From NCBI GenBank assembly GCA_017525035.1, contig JAFXTH010000005.1:25-64024 (forward strand): a DNA stretch of 64,000 bases, written 5' to 3'. This stretch comes from Bacilli bacterium (lineage in GTDB: Bacteria; Bacillota_I; Bacilli_A; RF39; UBA660). A model generated the notes under the pieces. That model worked only from the letters and a program-made list of their open reading frames with translations. It was not told where the DNA came from and did no database searches. Below, piece by piece: positions 50,868 through 60,296 of the stretch. Each line of letters begins with the position of its first letter. The first letter of the stretch is position 1. The position numbers and the translations under genes are program-made.

Positions 50868-50895
50868 AAAAAAACTGGTTTAATACCAGTTTTTA
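50866..50895 (+). terminator. Rho-independent terminator
   Basis: aactggt-ttaat-accagtt with A-run and T-run. Confidence 0.75.
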
Positions 50896-50919
50896 TTTTT
50901 TGGAAAAGTTAGCAGAATG

Positions 50920-50948
50920 TTGACTATTTGCGGATTTGCTGCTATATT
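50920..50948 (+). promoter_or_regulatory. Sigma-A type promoter
   Basis: TTGACT, 17 nt spacer, TATATT. Confidence 0.6.
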
Positions 50949-50980
50949 AAAATAGAAAAATATACATTAAAGGAGGCTTT

Positions 50981-51544
50981 ATGAAAAAATGTAAATTTTG
51001 CCAAAGCGATATTGACGAAAAGGCAAAAATTTGCCCACAATGCAAAAAAAAGCAGGGGCCAAAAATATTTAGATGGGTAATCATCGGATTGATTTTAATA
51101 GCTATTATAGGTGTAGCATTAAACAAAAAAGAAGAAGATAACTTCAAAAAAGAATATAAGCAGGATGAAAAAGTAACATATAAAAATGTTGAGTATAGTA
51201 TTACTAAAGTTGAAAGAACTAAAGGTAGTAATGAGTTCTTTAAAGCAAAAGATGGTTATGAATATGTAAAAGTTACTATTAAGATTGAAAACAAGAGTGA
51301 TGAAAAAGTATCTTATAATGCTTTGGATTTTAGAATGGTAAATGGTGAAGGTGCTGAAGCTGATTTTTATTCTATTACTGCTGAAGAAGATGTTGCATTA
51401 AATAGCGGACAAATTGATGCTGGCGGTAAAGTAGAAGGAGTTATAATTTGGGAGCAAAAAGAAGGAGACAAAAATTTAAAAGTAAGATATTATAGTAACT
51501 TCTTAATTGACAAAGAATATAAATTCCAATGGACTTTAAACTAA
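50981..51544 (+). CDS. Zinc-ribbon / TM / DUF4352-like extracellular domain protein
   Basis: CKFCQSDIDEKAKICPQCKKK zinc ribbon, one TM, beta-rich domain (YVKVTIKIENKSDEKVSYNALDF...GGKVEGVIIWE). Confidence 0.7.
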   Translation: MKKCKFCQSDIDEKAKICPQCKKKQGPKIFRWVIIGLILIAIIGVALNKKEEDNFKKEYKQDEKVTYKNVEYSITKVERTKGSNEFFKAKDGYEYVKVTIKIENKSDEKVSYNALDFRMVNGEGAEADFYSITAEEDVALNSGQIDAGGKVEGVIIWEQKEGDKNLKVRYYSNFLIDKEYKFQWTLN

Positions 51545-51574
51545 AAAAACATATAGAAAAACTATATGTTTTTT
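51544..51574 (+). terminator. Rho-independent terminator
   Basis: aacatatag-aaaaa-ctatatgtt plus TTTT. Confidence 0.8.
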
Positions 51575-51587
51575 AATATTACAAATA

Positions 51588-51663
51588 TGGTGTCCCCGGT
51601 AGGACTCGAACCCACATCTATCCCTTAGGAGGGGATTGCTCTATCCTGCTGAGCTACGAGAAC
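51588..51663 (-). tRNA. tRNA-Arg (anticodon CCU)
   Basis: The reverse complement GTTCTCGTAGCTCAGCAGGATAGAGCAATCCCCTCCTAAGGGATAGATGTGGGTTCGAGTCCTACCGGGGACACCA folds as a cloverleaf. It has a 7-bp acceptor stem, anticodon loop CTCCTAA, GTTCGAGTC T-loop and an encoded CCA. Confidence 0.9.
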
Positions 51664-51739
51664 AACACAAATATTATAACATAATTATTTACTTTAATTA
51701 AATAATTTGATATATTTTTTCTTGTAAAAGAGGTAGTTT

Positions 51740-52867
51740 ATGAAAGTATATGCAGTACCAATTAAAGTAGGATTAATAATATTTCCAGTTATAGCACTTT
51801 TGTTAACAATTCCTTATATGATAAGGCAATATCATAAGTATGGATCAATACCTATGCTAAGAAGCGTCATAGTATATTCATTTGTATTATATCTTTTGAT
51901 TGCATGGTTTATGGTTATGTTACCACTGCCAAGTATCGATGAAGTGTCAAAAATGACTGGGCCATGGACACAACTTATACCATTTAATTTCATTAAAGAC
52001 ATAGCAAATGATATTCATATAAGCCTTTTTGATGTTCATTCATGGATAGCAGCGCTCAAAAGCCCTTCTGTGTACACCGTATTATTTAATTTTGTATTAA
52101 CACTTCCTTTCGGAGTATATCTAAGATATTACTTTAATAGAAAATGGTGGGAAGTATTGACAATGTCATTTATGCTAAGTTTATTTTTTGAAGTTACACA
52201 GCTAAGTTGCTTATTTGGAATATACCCAAGACCATACAGATTGTTTGACGTAGATGATTTAATAGTAAATACAACAGGTGGTATGCTTGGATATTTAGTA
52301 ACACCATTATTTAGTAAAATATTACCTTCAAGAGAAGAATTGGATGCAAAAGCTTATACGAAGGGCGAGAGAGTATCAATGCCAAGAAGGTTAATTGCAG
52401 ACTTAATCGATTTTCTATTTGTATCTATATTAACATTCTTCTCAGTACTTACTAACGATTCATTAGATTTATCAATATTATTATTAATCTTTATAACATA
52501 TTTTATCGTGTTAACTATGATTTGTGGTAAAACACTTGGTAAATTCATAGTAGGAATTAAAGTAGTAAGTAATGATGGCAAAAGAGCAATGCCACATCAA
52601 ATCTTAATAAGATATGTAACAAAATACATATTATATTATGAAATATTCTATGTAATATTTAATATGGATAATCTATCTAAACTTGGTGATACAGGTATAT
52701 TTATATCAATATTACTTCTTGTTACACTAATGTTTATATACTTTAAAACAATTATCAATGCCTTTAATAAAAAAGCGCCTTTGGTATATGAGCAATTTAG
52801 TAAAACTAAACATATAAGTACTATCAAAAATAAATATAAAGAAAAAGAAGAAAAGAAGGATGAATAA
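51740..52867 (+). CDS. VanZ-like domain fused to an RDD-family membrane domain
   Basis: N-terminal VanZ-type TM bundle (VLFNFVLTLPFGVYLRYY, NTTGGMLGY). C-terminal RDD-like segment (RRLIADLIDFLFVSILT...GKTLGKFIVGIKVV). Confidence 0.65.
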   Translation: MKVYAVPIKVGLIIFPVIALLLTIPYMIRQYHKYGSIPMLRSVIVYSFVLYLLIAWFMVMLPLPSIDEVSKMTGPWTQLIPFNFIKDIANDIHISLFDVHSWIAALKSPSVYTVLFNFVLTLPFGVYLRYYFNRKWWEVLTMSFMLSLFFEVTQLSCLFGIYPRPYRLFDVDDLIVNTTGGMLGYLVTPLFSKILPSREELDAKAYTKGERVSMPRRLIADLIDFLFVSILTFFSVLTNDSLDLSILLLIFITYFIVLTMICGKTLGKFIVGIKVVSNDGKRAMPHQILIRYVTKYILYYEIFYVIFNMDNLSKLGDTGIFISILLLVTLMFIYFKTIINAFNKKAPLVYEQFSKTKHISTIKNKYKEKEEKKDE

Positions 52868-52946
52868 TCCTTTTTTATGTAAACAAAAGACTAATTTATG
52901 GACTTATTATTATATTTTTGATACTATTTTATTATAGAGGGACGAT

Positions 52947-53939
52947 ATGAAAAAGAAGAAAAGATTATTTTTTACTTTTTTATTTATAGTCTTATTTTTA
53001 GTTGGTTCTTTTTTTGTTGATAGAAGTGTATTTACTTCTTTAAGAGACACTCTTGTTAAAGAAGGAGAGAAAGCTTTAAAGAAAATAGAAAAGAAGTTTA
53101 ACGATACTGATAAGACTAAGAAAAATAGTAAAACAAATAAGAAAATAGAGCAAACATATGATATAAAATTAACAAATGGGTTAATGGTCTTTTTTATTGA
53201 TGTTGGTCAAGCTGATGCAATATTAATTAAGTCACAAGATGAATATATGCTAATTGATGCAGGAAATAATGAAGATGGTTCTAAACTAGTTGATTTCTTT
53301 AAATCATTAAACGTAAGTGAGTTGAAATATGTCATTGGTACTCATGCCCATGAGGATCATATTGGTGGAATGGATAATATAATAAGAAATTTTAAAATAG
53401 ATAATTTCTATATGCCTAATGAAGTAACAACAACACAAACATTTTTAACAATATTAACTGAGTTAGGGAAGAAAAAAGTTAAATTTCAAACACCTAAAAT
53501 TGGCACAAGATTAAAATTAGGTGAATCTGATGTAGATATTGTATATGTTGGTGATAATAAAGAAGATTTAAATGCTACTTCTATTATTGTTAAAGTAACG
53601 TATAAAGACACATCATTCTTATTTACTGGAGATGCTCCACAAAGTGAAGAAAGGTTAATGCTTGATAAAGATTTAAAGAGTACTGTATTGAAAGTAGGAC
53701 ATCATGGTTCAAGTCTTAGTTCTAGCCAAACTTTTTTAAATAAAGTATCGCCAGAATATGCTGTTATATCAGTAGGTGTTAATAACGATTATCATCATCC
53801 ACATGATTCAGTTTTAAAAAGACTTGAGAAAATAAATGCTAAAGTATATAGAACAGACAAATTAGGAACAATAATTGCAACTTCAAATGGTAAAGAAGTA
53901 ACATTTAAAAATATTAAAACAGATACTAATGGAGAATAA
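52947..53939 (+). CDS. Secreted or membrane-anchored MBL-fold hydrolase (ComEC C-terminal-domain paralogue)
   Basis: N-terminal TM. FIDVGQADAILI, GTHAHEDHIGG, KVGHHGSSLS, NDYHHPH. Confidence 0.8.
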   Translation: MKKKKRLFFTFLFIVLFLVGSFFVDRSVFTSLRDTLVKEGEKALKKIEKKFNDTDKTKKNSKTNKKIEQTYDIKLTNGLMVFFIDVGQADAILIKSQDEYMLIDAGNNEDGSKLVDFFKSLNVSELKYVIGTHAHEDHIGGMDNIIRNFKIDNFYMPNEVTTTQTFLTILTELGKKKVKFQTPKIGTRLKLGESDVDIVYVGDNKEDLNATSIIVKVTYKDTSFLFTGDAPQSEERLMLDKDLKSTVLKVGHHGSSLSSSQTFLNKVSPEYAVISVGVNNDYHHPHDSVLKRLEKINAKVYRTDKLGTIIATSNGKEVTFKNIKTDTNGE

Positions 53940-53940
53940 T

Positions 53941-54174
53941 ATGGAAGAAGAATTAGAAAAATATGCAGTTGATAGAATAGAAGAAGGGTTTGCTGTGCTT
54001 GAAAATATCAAAACAAGAGAAATTAAGCTAGTTGAATTACTACTTCTTCCTGTAGTAAAAGAAAAAGATATCTTAGTATATAAAGATGACTTATATATGA
54101 TTGACGATGAAGAAAGAAGAAAAAGATTAAAATTAATTGAAGAAAAGTTAGCCAAATTAAAAAACTTGGAGTAA
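53941..54174 (+). CDS. DUF3006-like small protein
   Basis: YAVDRIEEGFAVLEN...LPVVKEKDILVY pattern. Usual partner of stand-alone ComEC-type MBL genes. ATG 53941 after GGAG (ORF track ATG 53929). Confidence 0.6.
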   Translation: MEEELEKYAVDRIEEGFAVLENIKTREIKLVELLLLPVVKEKDILVYKDDLYMIDDEERRKRLKLIEEKLAKLKNLE

Positions 54175-54202
54175 AATAATATAAGAATTAGAAGGTGTAT
54201 AT

Positions 54203-56518
54203 ATGAAACGACTTGATCCAACAGCAGAAAAAGGATTAACTAAAGAAGAGGTAGAAGAGCAATTACGTTTAGGACTTAATTACACTGACGTATCTGTTCC
54301 TACAAAGACAATTAAAAGGATTATTAGTGATAATTTCTTTACGTTATTTAACTTCTTAAACTTTGGTATTGCAGCAGCTATTTTCATGGTTGGAAAATAT
54401 GAAAATATGCTTTTTATTGGTACTGTTATTTTTAATATCATTATCAGTACAGTACAAGAAATTAGAGCTAAAAGAATAGTAGATAAATTATCGCTTATCA
54501 GCCAATCTAAAGTGGTTGTTATACGAGATGGTAAGCATACAGAAATAAATAGAGAAGGAATGGTTCTAGATGATGTTGTCGAGTTAAGCGTTGGTATGCA
54601 AGTAGTAGCAGATTCAATTGTAATGTCAGGTACCTGTTTAGTTAATGAATCGTTTATCACTGGTGAACAAACACCAATAGAGAAAAAAGCTGGTGATATG
54701 GTTTTATCAGGAAGCTTTATAACTGGTGGTAAAGTAAGAGCTAAAGTAGAACATGTAAAAGATGATAACTATACATCAATTATCAGTAAAGATGCTAAAT
54801 ACGTAAAAAAATTGAATTCTGTTTTAATGAATTCATTAAACAAAATAATTAAATATATCTCATTTGCAATAGTTCCTGTTGGAATAATGCTATTTGTTAA
54901 TCAATACTATATTGCTGGTAATGATTTTAATGAGGCAGTACTTTATACTACAGCAGCCCTTATTGGAATGATACCTGATGGATTAATCCTATTAACAAGT
55001 ACTGTTCTTGCTGTATCTATTATCAGATTAAGTGAGTATAAAGTATTAGTACAAGAATTATATTGTATTGAAACATTAGCAAGAGTAGATGTTTTATGTC
55101 TTGATAAAACTGGTACTATAACTGAAGGTGTTATGGAAGTAGTAGACTTTATTCCAAATATCAAATATTCACAAGAAGAAGCAGAACGCATTCTTGATGG
55201 ATTGTGTCATACACTTGAAGATGTATCACCAACAATGAATGCTGTAAGAAATAGATTTGAAACAAAGAAAGGTAAAGCCCTTGATTATATTAAAATAGAT
55301 CCATTTTCATCAGATAAAAAATATTCAAAAGTATATTTAGAGGGAATCAATTATTATCTAGGAGCACCTGAATTTATTATTAAAAATAGTGACTATAGTA
55401 ATTATTCAAAAGATTACAGAACACTTTTACTAGCTGGAGAAAAAGATGATAAGAAATTCCCAATTGCTTTAATACTTATTCAAGATAAGATTAGAAAAGA
55501 AGCTAAAGAAACATTAGAGTATTTCAAAAAGCAGGGAGTTGAGATTAAGATTATCTCTGGAGATAATCCTATTACAATATCTCAAATAGCTAAAAGAGTA
55601 GGTATAGAGGAGTATGATAAGTATGTTGATTTAAGTACTATTAAAACTAAAAAAGAATTAAAAGAAGCATACTTAAATAATACAATCTTTGGAAGAGTTA
55701 AACCTGATCAAAAGAAAGAATTAATATTATTAATTAAAAGTTTAGGTCATACTGTTGCTATGACAGGTGATGGAGTTAATGATGTATTAGCACTTAAAGA
55801 AGCAGATTGTTCTATTGCTATGGCATCTGGTAGTGATGCTGCAAGAAATGTAAGTCAATTAGTGCTTATGGAATCAAACTTTGATGCTATGCCTAAAGTA
55901 GTAGAAGAAGGAAGAAGATGTATCAACAATATTGGAAGAAGTGCATCATTATTCTTAACTAAGACAATTTATACAGGTTTACTTGTAATAATGACTTTAT
56001 TTACTGCATTCCATTATCCATACTTACCAATACATTTGAGCTTAATGAATTTAATTACAATAGGTGCACCATCTTTAATACTTGCACTTGAACCAAATAA
56101 AGAAAGAGTCAAGGGAAACTTCTTAGTAAAGATTATTGCAAATGCAGCACCAACAGCACTGACAGTATTCTCAACATTGTTCATATTCTTATTAATAACA
56201 AAAGATTCATCTTTAACAACAACAGAAAGTTCAACTGTATGTGTTATTATGACAACAATAATAATGCTTATTTATCAATATAAGTTATGTAAGCCATTTA
56301 ATACTATAAGAAGATTATTAATGATAACAATGTGTCTAATATTCTCAGTAGAATTGTTATTCTTTAGAGATTTCTTCACATTAGCAGATTTAGATACAGG
56401 AATGTTTATTCTAATAACAATCCTAATCATAATTGCAGTATTATTATGGAATTTATATAACAAGTTGTTCTATTACTTACAGCACAGTAATAGGAGATTC
56501 AAAAAAATGATGCAATAA
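54203..56518 (+). CDS. Cation-translocating P-type ATPase (HAD-IC)
   Basis: CLDKTGTITEG phosphorylation motif, MTGDGVNDVLALKEADCSIAM hinge, TGE-like SFITGEQTP, 8-10 TM. Confidence 0.88.
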   Translation: MKRLDPTAEKGLTKEEVEEQLRLGLNYTDVSVPTKTIKRIISDNFFTLFNFLNFGIAAAIFMVGKYENMLFIGTVIFNIIISTVQEIRAKRIVDKLSLISQSKVVVIRDGKHTEINREGMVLDDVVELSVGMQVVADSIVMSGTCLVNESFITGEQTPIEKKAGDMVLSGSFITGGKVRAKVEHVKDDNYTSIISKDAKYVKKLNSVLMNSLNKIIKYISFAIVPVGIMLFVNQYYIAGNDFNEAVLYTTAALIGMIPDGLILLTSTVLAVSIIRLSEYKVLVQELYCIETLARVDVLCLDKTGTITEGVMEVVDFIPNIKYSQEEAERILDGLCHTLEDVSPTMNAVRNRFETKKGKALDYIKIDPFSSDKKYSKVYLEGINYYLGAPEFIIKNSDYSNYSKDYRTLLLAGEKDDKKFPIALILIQDKIRKEAKETLEYFKKQGVEIKIISGDNPITISQIAKRVGIEEYDKYVDLSTIKTKKELKEAYLNNTIFGRVKPDQKKELILLIKSLGHTVAMTGDGVNDVLALKEADCSIAMASGSDAARNVSQLVLMESNFDAMPKVVEEGRRCINNIGRSASLFLTKTIYTGLLVIMTLFTAFHYPYLPIHLSLMNLITIGAPSLILALEPNKERVKGNFLVKIIANAAPTALTVFSTLFIFLLITKDSSLTTTESSTVCVIMTTIIMLIYQYKLCKPFNTIRRLLMITMCLIFSVELLFFRDFFTLADLDTGMFILITILIIIAVLLWNLYNKLFYYLQHSNRRFKKMMQ

Positions 56519-56546
56519 AAAAACTATAGTAAAAACTATAGTTTTT
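56517..56546. terminator. Bidirectional Rho-independent terminator
   Basis: aaaaaactatag-taaaaa-ctatagttttt between convergent genes. Confidence 0.7.
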
Positions 56547-58575
56547 ATTTTTTCTCTAACTTTTGTCCAGGAGTGCCAAATACATTAGATATTATATTAA
56601 TGCTTTGCTCATCTAACACACTTCCGTATATTATTGCATTAAATATTTTTTGATATCTTGATAATTCACTACATCCTGGATCTTGTTCAAGAATAGTAAA
56701 GTTTCTTAATACTTTTGGTTTAGATATTATAATTCCATTAATATTGTATTCTAAATCACTAACAGAATATTGTTCTAATTCTTCAACAATAGAAGTAGCA
56801 TTTGCTTTTCCTTTATTCATATATATTGCTTTATATGCATTAGCGTCTAAGAAACGATTAACGGAATTAGGAACATATTCACTAATATCTTCATCATTAA
56901 TAACATTCTTACCAACTTTGAAAACTTGATCTAATACTTTTGGAGAAAGCCTGTTGTCTACAATAAGGGGAATACCCATTTCTCTACATAGATCCATTCT
57001 CTTTAAATATTTAAATGAATCTTTGCTAACGTATTTTGGATTGTTAGAAATAAATCTAGATAGACCTAATTCAACAAATCTATCTATTATTTCTACAAGA
57101 CTAGTATCTTCAAATAATTCATAGTTGTTTGAACTAGAATATTTTAAATTATAAGTTCTTATAATACTTAATACGTTTTCTAATTGTTCTTTATCTTGTA
57201 GTAATGCATTACTATTTTTAGATTTAGATATTGCAAAAGCATCTATCTTATTATCTCTTAATAAATTAACATTACCAACAATTCTATCAAATGATGCTTC
57301 TTTTATAGAAGCACTTTCCATAATTTCTTCATTTATATCTTTTACGAATATTGAAGGATTTCTTTTAACGAATTCTTGACTTATAACATTACTTTTAATC
57401 ATTTTATTAATTGTAGATACAATTGCTGGTGTAGAAAGAATTAATATGTCACAAATAGGGTAGGAAGCATTATAAATTTTAAGCCCTGACTCAGTTAATA
57501 AAGTCATAATCTTTTCCATATTATCAATGTTTCCATATCTTGTTAGTCTATCTTTATCTTCATCTCTAAGACTGTCAAAAGAAATACAACTATTTTTGAA
57601 TATTTTTTCTATTCTAGATTTAGTTTCTTCTTGTTTTAATCGTTCTACTGTTTGGTTTTGAAATTTTGCATTATGTATCAATATAAATCTTAATACCATG
57701 TATCTAATCTTTTCATCAACAATACTGTTGTAAGTACTTTGAGTTATATCGATTGGTTTAGATAAGTCAAGAGACTTAATATATTGAGTAACTTTTTCTC
57801 CACGCTTTTGAATATTCTTAATATCTTTTTCTTTTTTCTTTCTAAGTTCTTTTAGAGCTGTTATTCGCTCACCAGTACCACGTAAAACATAGAATGAATA
57901 ATTTGCTCTATCTTGATCTTCATATGATATAGTGCTATCTCTATATGCACCAGGTGATCTTCCTATGTAACTTTTTTCTGGTTTCAAAGGATCTTCAGCA
58001 TTATTTGTATAATACATATCATCTAAGCTTATAATTTTTAGTGCGCATATTGTAATTAATACGTCCATAATAGAGTAGTAATCTGGTACTAAAGTTAACA
58101 ACTGCATGAATGCTGCAAGACTTTCTTCAGTGTGGCAAATAGTATCTCTTAACACTTTATGAAGCTCTTTAAGCGCTTCTTCGCCACCAGCATCCTTAAT
58201 CTTTTTAATATCTTCACCATTAGGATCATATTCAAATGGCATATTGAATACAACAGGAAGCACCTTAGCATCTTCAAGATCTAATAATGCATCAGCTATT
58301 CTATAACAGTCCTCTAACTTAGTAAGTTTTTTAAGATCTAGTGTATATACTATTTTATCAACCTTATGAAATATTGTTTCTTTTCCTAAAGGAGTTATAA
58401 GTGCTATAGTAACATCATGGTAATTTGCCTTAGATAGAGCTCCTTTTTTGGTAATATCAACATCATTATCAATTTGTTCAAGTAAATCAAGTTCTTCTTG
58501 TTCTTCATAAGAAAGAGTAGGCATCTTTGCTTTGTCTTCATAATAATGTTTAACATAACTTAATAGTCTATCCAT
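56545..58575 (-). CDS. Hypothetical 676 aa helical-repeat protein (downstream gene of a coupled pair)
   Basis: ATG 58575 is 5 nt after GGTGA and overlaps the upstream stop (ATGGATAG). No TM or signal peptide. The C-terminal half shows reiterated ~35 aa helical units. No family recognised. Confidence 0.55.
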   Translation of the reverse strand: MDRLLSYVKHYYEDKAKMPTLSYEEQEELDLLEQIDNDVDITKKGALSKANYHDVTIALITPLGKETIFHKVDKIVYTLDLKKLTKLEDCYRIADALLDLEDAKVLPVVFNMPFEYDPNGEDIKKIKDAGGEEALKELHKVLRDTICHTEESLAAFMQLLTLVPDYYSIMDVLITICALKIISLDDMYYTNNAEDPLKPEKSYIGRSPGAYRDSTISYEDQDRANYSFYVLRGTGERITALKELRKKKEKDIKNIQKRGEKVTQYIKSLDLSKPIDITQSTYNSIVDEKIRYMVLRFILIHNAKFQNQTVERLKQEETKSRIEKIFKNSCISFDSLRDEDKDRLTRYGNIDNMEKIMTLLTESGLKIYNASYPICDILILSTPAIVSTINKMIKSNVISQEFVKRNPSIFVKDINEEIMESASIKEASFDRIVGNVNLLRDNKIDAFAISKSKNSNALLQDKEQLENVLSIIRTYNLKYSSSNNYELFEDTSLVEIIDRFVELGLSRFISNNPKYVSKDSFKYLKRMDLCREMGIPLIVDNRLSPKVLDQVFKVGKNVINDEDISEYVPNSVNRFLDANAYKAIYMNKGKANATSIVEELEQYSVSDLEYNINGIIISKPKVLRNFTILEQDPGCSELSRYQKIFNAIIYGSVLDEQSINIISNVFGTPGQKLEKK

Positions 58576-59554
58576 TATTATCACCAACTTTCAATTCTTT
58601 AGCTTTTCCTTTTAACTCTTTTTTAATGCGCCCAAGAATTTCTTGGTTTTCGTTTATGAATTTGTTATCGGCAATTTTAACTTTTAACTCATCTCTTTGA
58701 GCTTTAAATTCTTTATTTCTACCTACTAACATATCACGATATGGTTGAGTATTTTGGAATCTTTTAACAACAATTGCTAAAACAACTATTACATCGCTAT
58801 CAAGTCTTGTGAAAATAATTCTGGCATCTCTTTTTCTAATAGCAGAAACCCCTTTTAAAGGATCGTAGTTATTAAATCTTTTTTCTTTAGTAATTCTGTT
58901 GTTTTCAATATCGTCGATGATAGGTAACATATCTTCTTCATCATTTATTTCGTCTAAATCGTCATCTACATATAAAGAACCATTTGGTTTTCTTAAAAAT
59001 ATAAGTTTATTTTTGTGTTCTTCAATAACTTCATCCACAGATTCTTCTTCAACGTTATATGCTTTTACAACTTCTATTAGTTTTCTGTCAGTACTAATAA
59101 CGCTAGTCAAATACTCATCGTCTTCATCACTCATCATTTCATGTGCAAGTTGTATCTCACGTAATAGATATAAAAGAATAGAAGGTATAATAGTATCATA
59201 ATTAGCATCATAAAAAGATGGAAGAAGCTCAGTTAAAAAATCATCATCTTCACATTCTTTTAGTGCATTAATGTATGATGTAACATCGTATAACTCAGAT
59301 TTAATAATTGGCTTTGCTTCAACTATTTCATCCTGAGTAGGTTGTTTTTCTAAAACAGCTTTTCTTTTAGGTTCTTCAAAAGATTTTTTATGATCAATAT
59401 CAACTCTAAGATTATGTTTTAAAACATCAAATAATACTCGGTTGATATCTTCTTCTTTTACTTTGCTCTGTTTTAAAAAAGCAACTAAACCTTTAATATC
59501 AGTTACATAACCATATTCACCAGTAAATTTTTTAATAATTTCAGTTGTTGTCAT
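58568..59554 (-). CDS. Hypothetical 328 aa acidic protein with a RelE/ParE/Gp49-like C-terminal segment (upstream gene of a coupled pair)
   Basis: ATG 59554 is 9 nt after AAAGGGG (MTTTEIIKK...). C-terminal VSAIRKRDARIIFTRLDSDVIVVLAIVVKR resembles the RelE/ParE/HigB core strand pattern. The family call is weak. Confidence 0.5.
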   Translation of the reverse strand: MTTTEIIKKFTGEYGYVTDIKGLVAFLKQSKVKEEDINRVLFDVLKHNLRVDIDHKKSFEEPKRKAVLEKQPTQDEIVEAKPIIKSELYDVTSYINALKECEDDDFLTELLPSFYDANYDTIIPSILLYLLREIQLAHEMMSDEDDEYLTSVISTDRKLIEVVKAYNVEEESVDEVIEEHKNKLIFLRKPNGSLYVDDDLDEINDEEDMLPIIDDIENNRITKEKRFNNYDPLKGVSAIRKRDARIIFTRLDSDVIVVLAIVVKRFQNTQPYRDMLVGRNKEFKAQRDELKVKIADNKFINENQEILGRIKKELKGKAKELKVGDNNG

Positions 59555-59605
59555 ATAGCTAAACCCCTTTAAAATCATGGCATATTATATCATGTTATCT
59601 TTTCT

Positions 59606-59634
59606 TTGTCAATTTTAGATTAATATGTTATAAT
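59606..59634 (+). promoter_or_regulatory. Sigma-A type promoter of pssA-psd
   Basis: TTGTCA, 17 nt spacer, TATAAT preceded by TG. Confidence 0.65.
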
Positions 59635-59666
59635 TATTTTAAGATTTAAAGAAAGAGGAATTATAT

Positions 59667-60296
59667 ATGTTAATAGGAAAGTATAACAAGTCATTAATTA
59701 TTAGTTACATAGGAGTAATTGCAGCAGTACTAGGAATGTACTTTTTAGCTCGCAATGGAGATTTAAAGTTAACAATGATATGTTACTTAATCGCAGGTGT
59801 TTGTGACATGCTAGATGGTATGGTTGCTAGAATGATGGAAAGAGATAAAGACGAAGAATTGTTTGGAATTCAACTTGATTCTTTAGCTGATACAATTGAT
59901 TTCGTAGTATTCCCAATATTTGTTGGATTAACACTAGGATACTCAGAATGGTTTCAAGTAATTGGTTATGTTCTACTTGCTATGGCAGGAGTACAAAGAT
60001 TATGTCATTTCAATGTATTAGTTATTAATAAAAAAGATAAAGGACCTGTTAAATATTATAGTGGATTACCAGTAACATCTACTTCAATAACATTTCCTAT
60101 CATATATTTGATTAGTAAAATATTATTTAATATAAATAGTGATATTAATATATTTGAAACAATGTTTACATTATTAACATTCGCATCTGCAATATTATTT
60201 GTATTAAATATTAAAGTACCAAAGCCAAGAGGTAAAGCATATCCAGTAATGGGAGCTCTTGCAGTTGTTGGTGTAATTCTAATTTGCGTACTATAA
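59667..60296 (+). CDS. pssA: CDP-diacylglycerol--serine O-phosphatidyltransferase
   Basis: CDP-alcohol phosphatidyltransferase motif DMLDGMVARMM...GIQLDSLADTIDF. Followed by psd. Confidence 0.8.
   Translation: MLIGKYNKSLIISYIGVIAAVLGMYFLARNGDLKLTMICYLIAGVCDMLDGMVARMMERDKDEELFGIQLDSLADTIDFVVFPIFVGLTLGYSEWFQVIGYVLLAMAGVQRLCHFNVLVINKKDKGPVKYYSGLPVTSTSITFPIIYLISKILFNINSDINIFETMFTLLTFASAILFVLNIKVPKPRGKAYPVMGALAVVGVILICVL

Noticed and set aside
50196-51663. tRNA-Arg as the integration site of the 45.8-50.2 kb island
   Set aside because: No integrase, recombinase or transposase gene is present, and I found no direct repeat of the tRNA 3' end by eye. Two ordinary-looking genes (HD hydrolase, DUF4352) separate the island from the tRNA. 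Mobility is therefore unsupported.
56521-56545. Direct repeat aaaactatagt x2, considered as a repeat or mobile-element end
   Set aside because: CTATAG is self-complementary, so the repeat simply forms the stem of a bidirectional terminator between convergent genes.
58568-59000. Calling the 328-aa protein a bona fide RelE/ParE toxin of a type II toxin-antitoxin pair
   Set aside because: The similarity is limited to a ~30 aa strand pattern, and the protein is three times the size of RelE toxins. No small antitoxin gene is adjacent, and the partner is a 676 aa protein. It is kept only as a weak resemblance.
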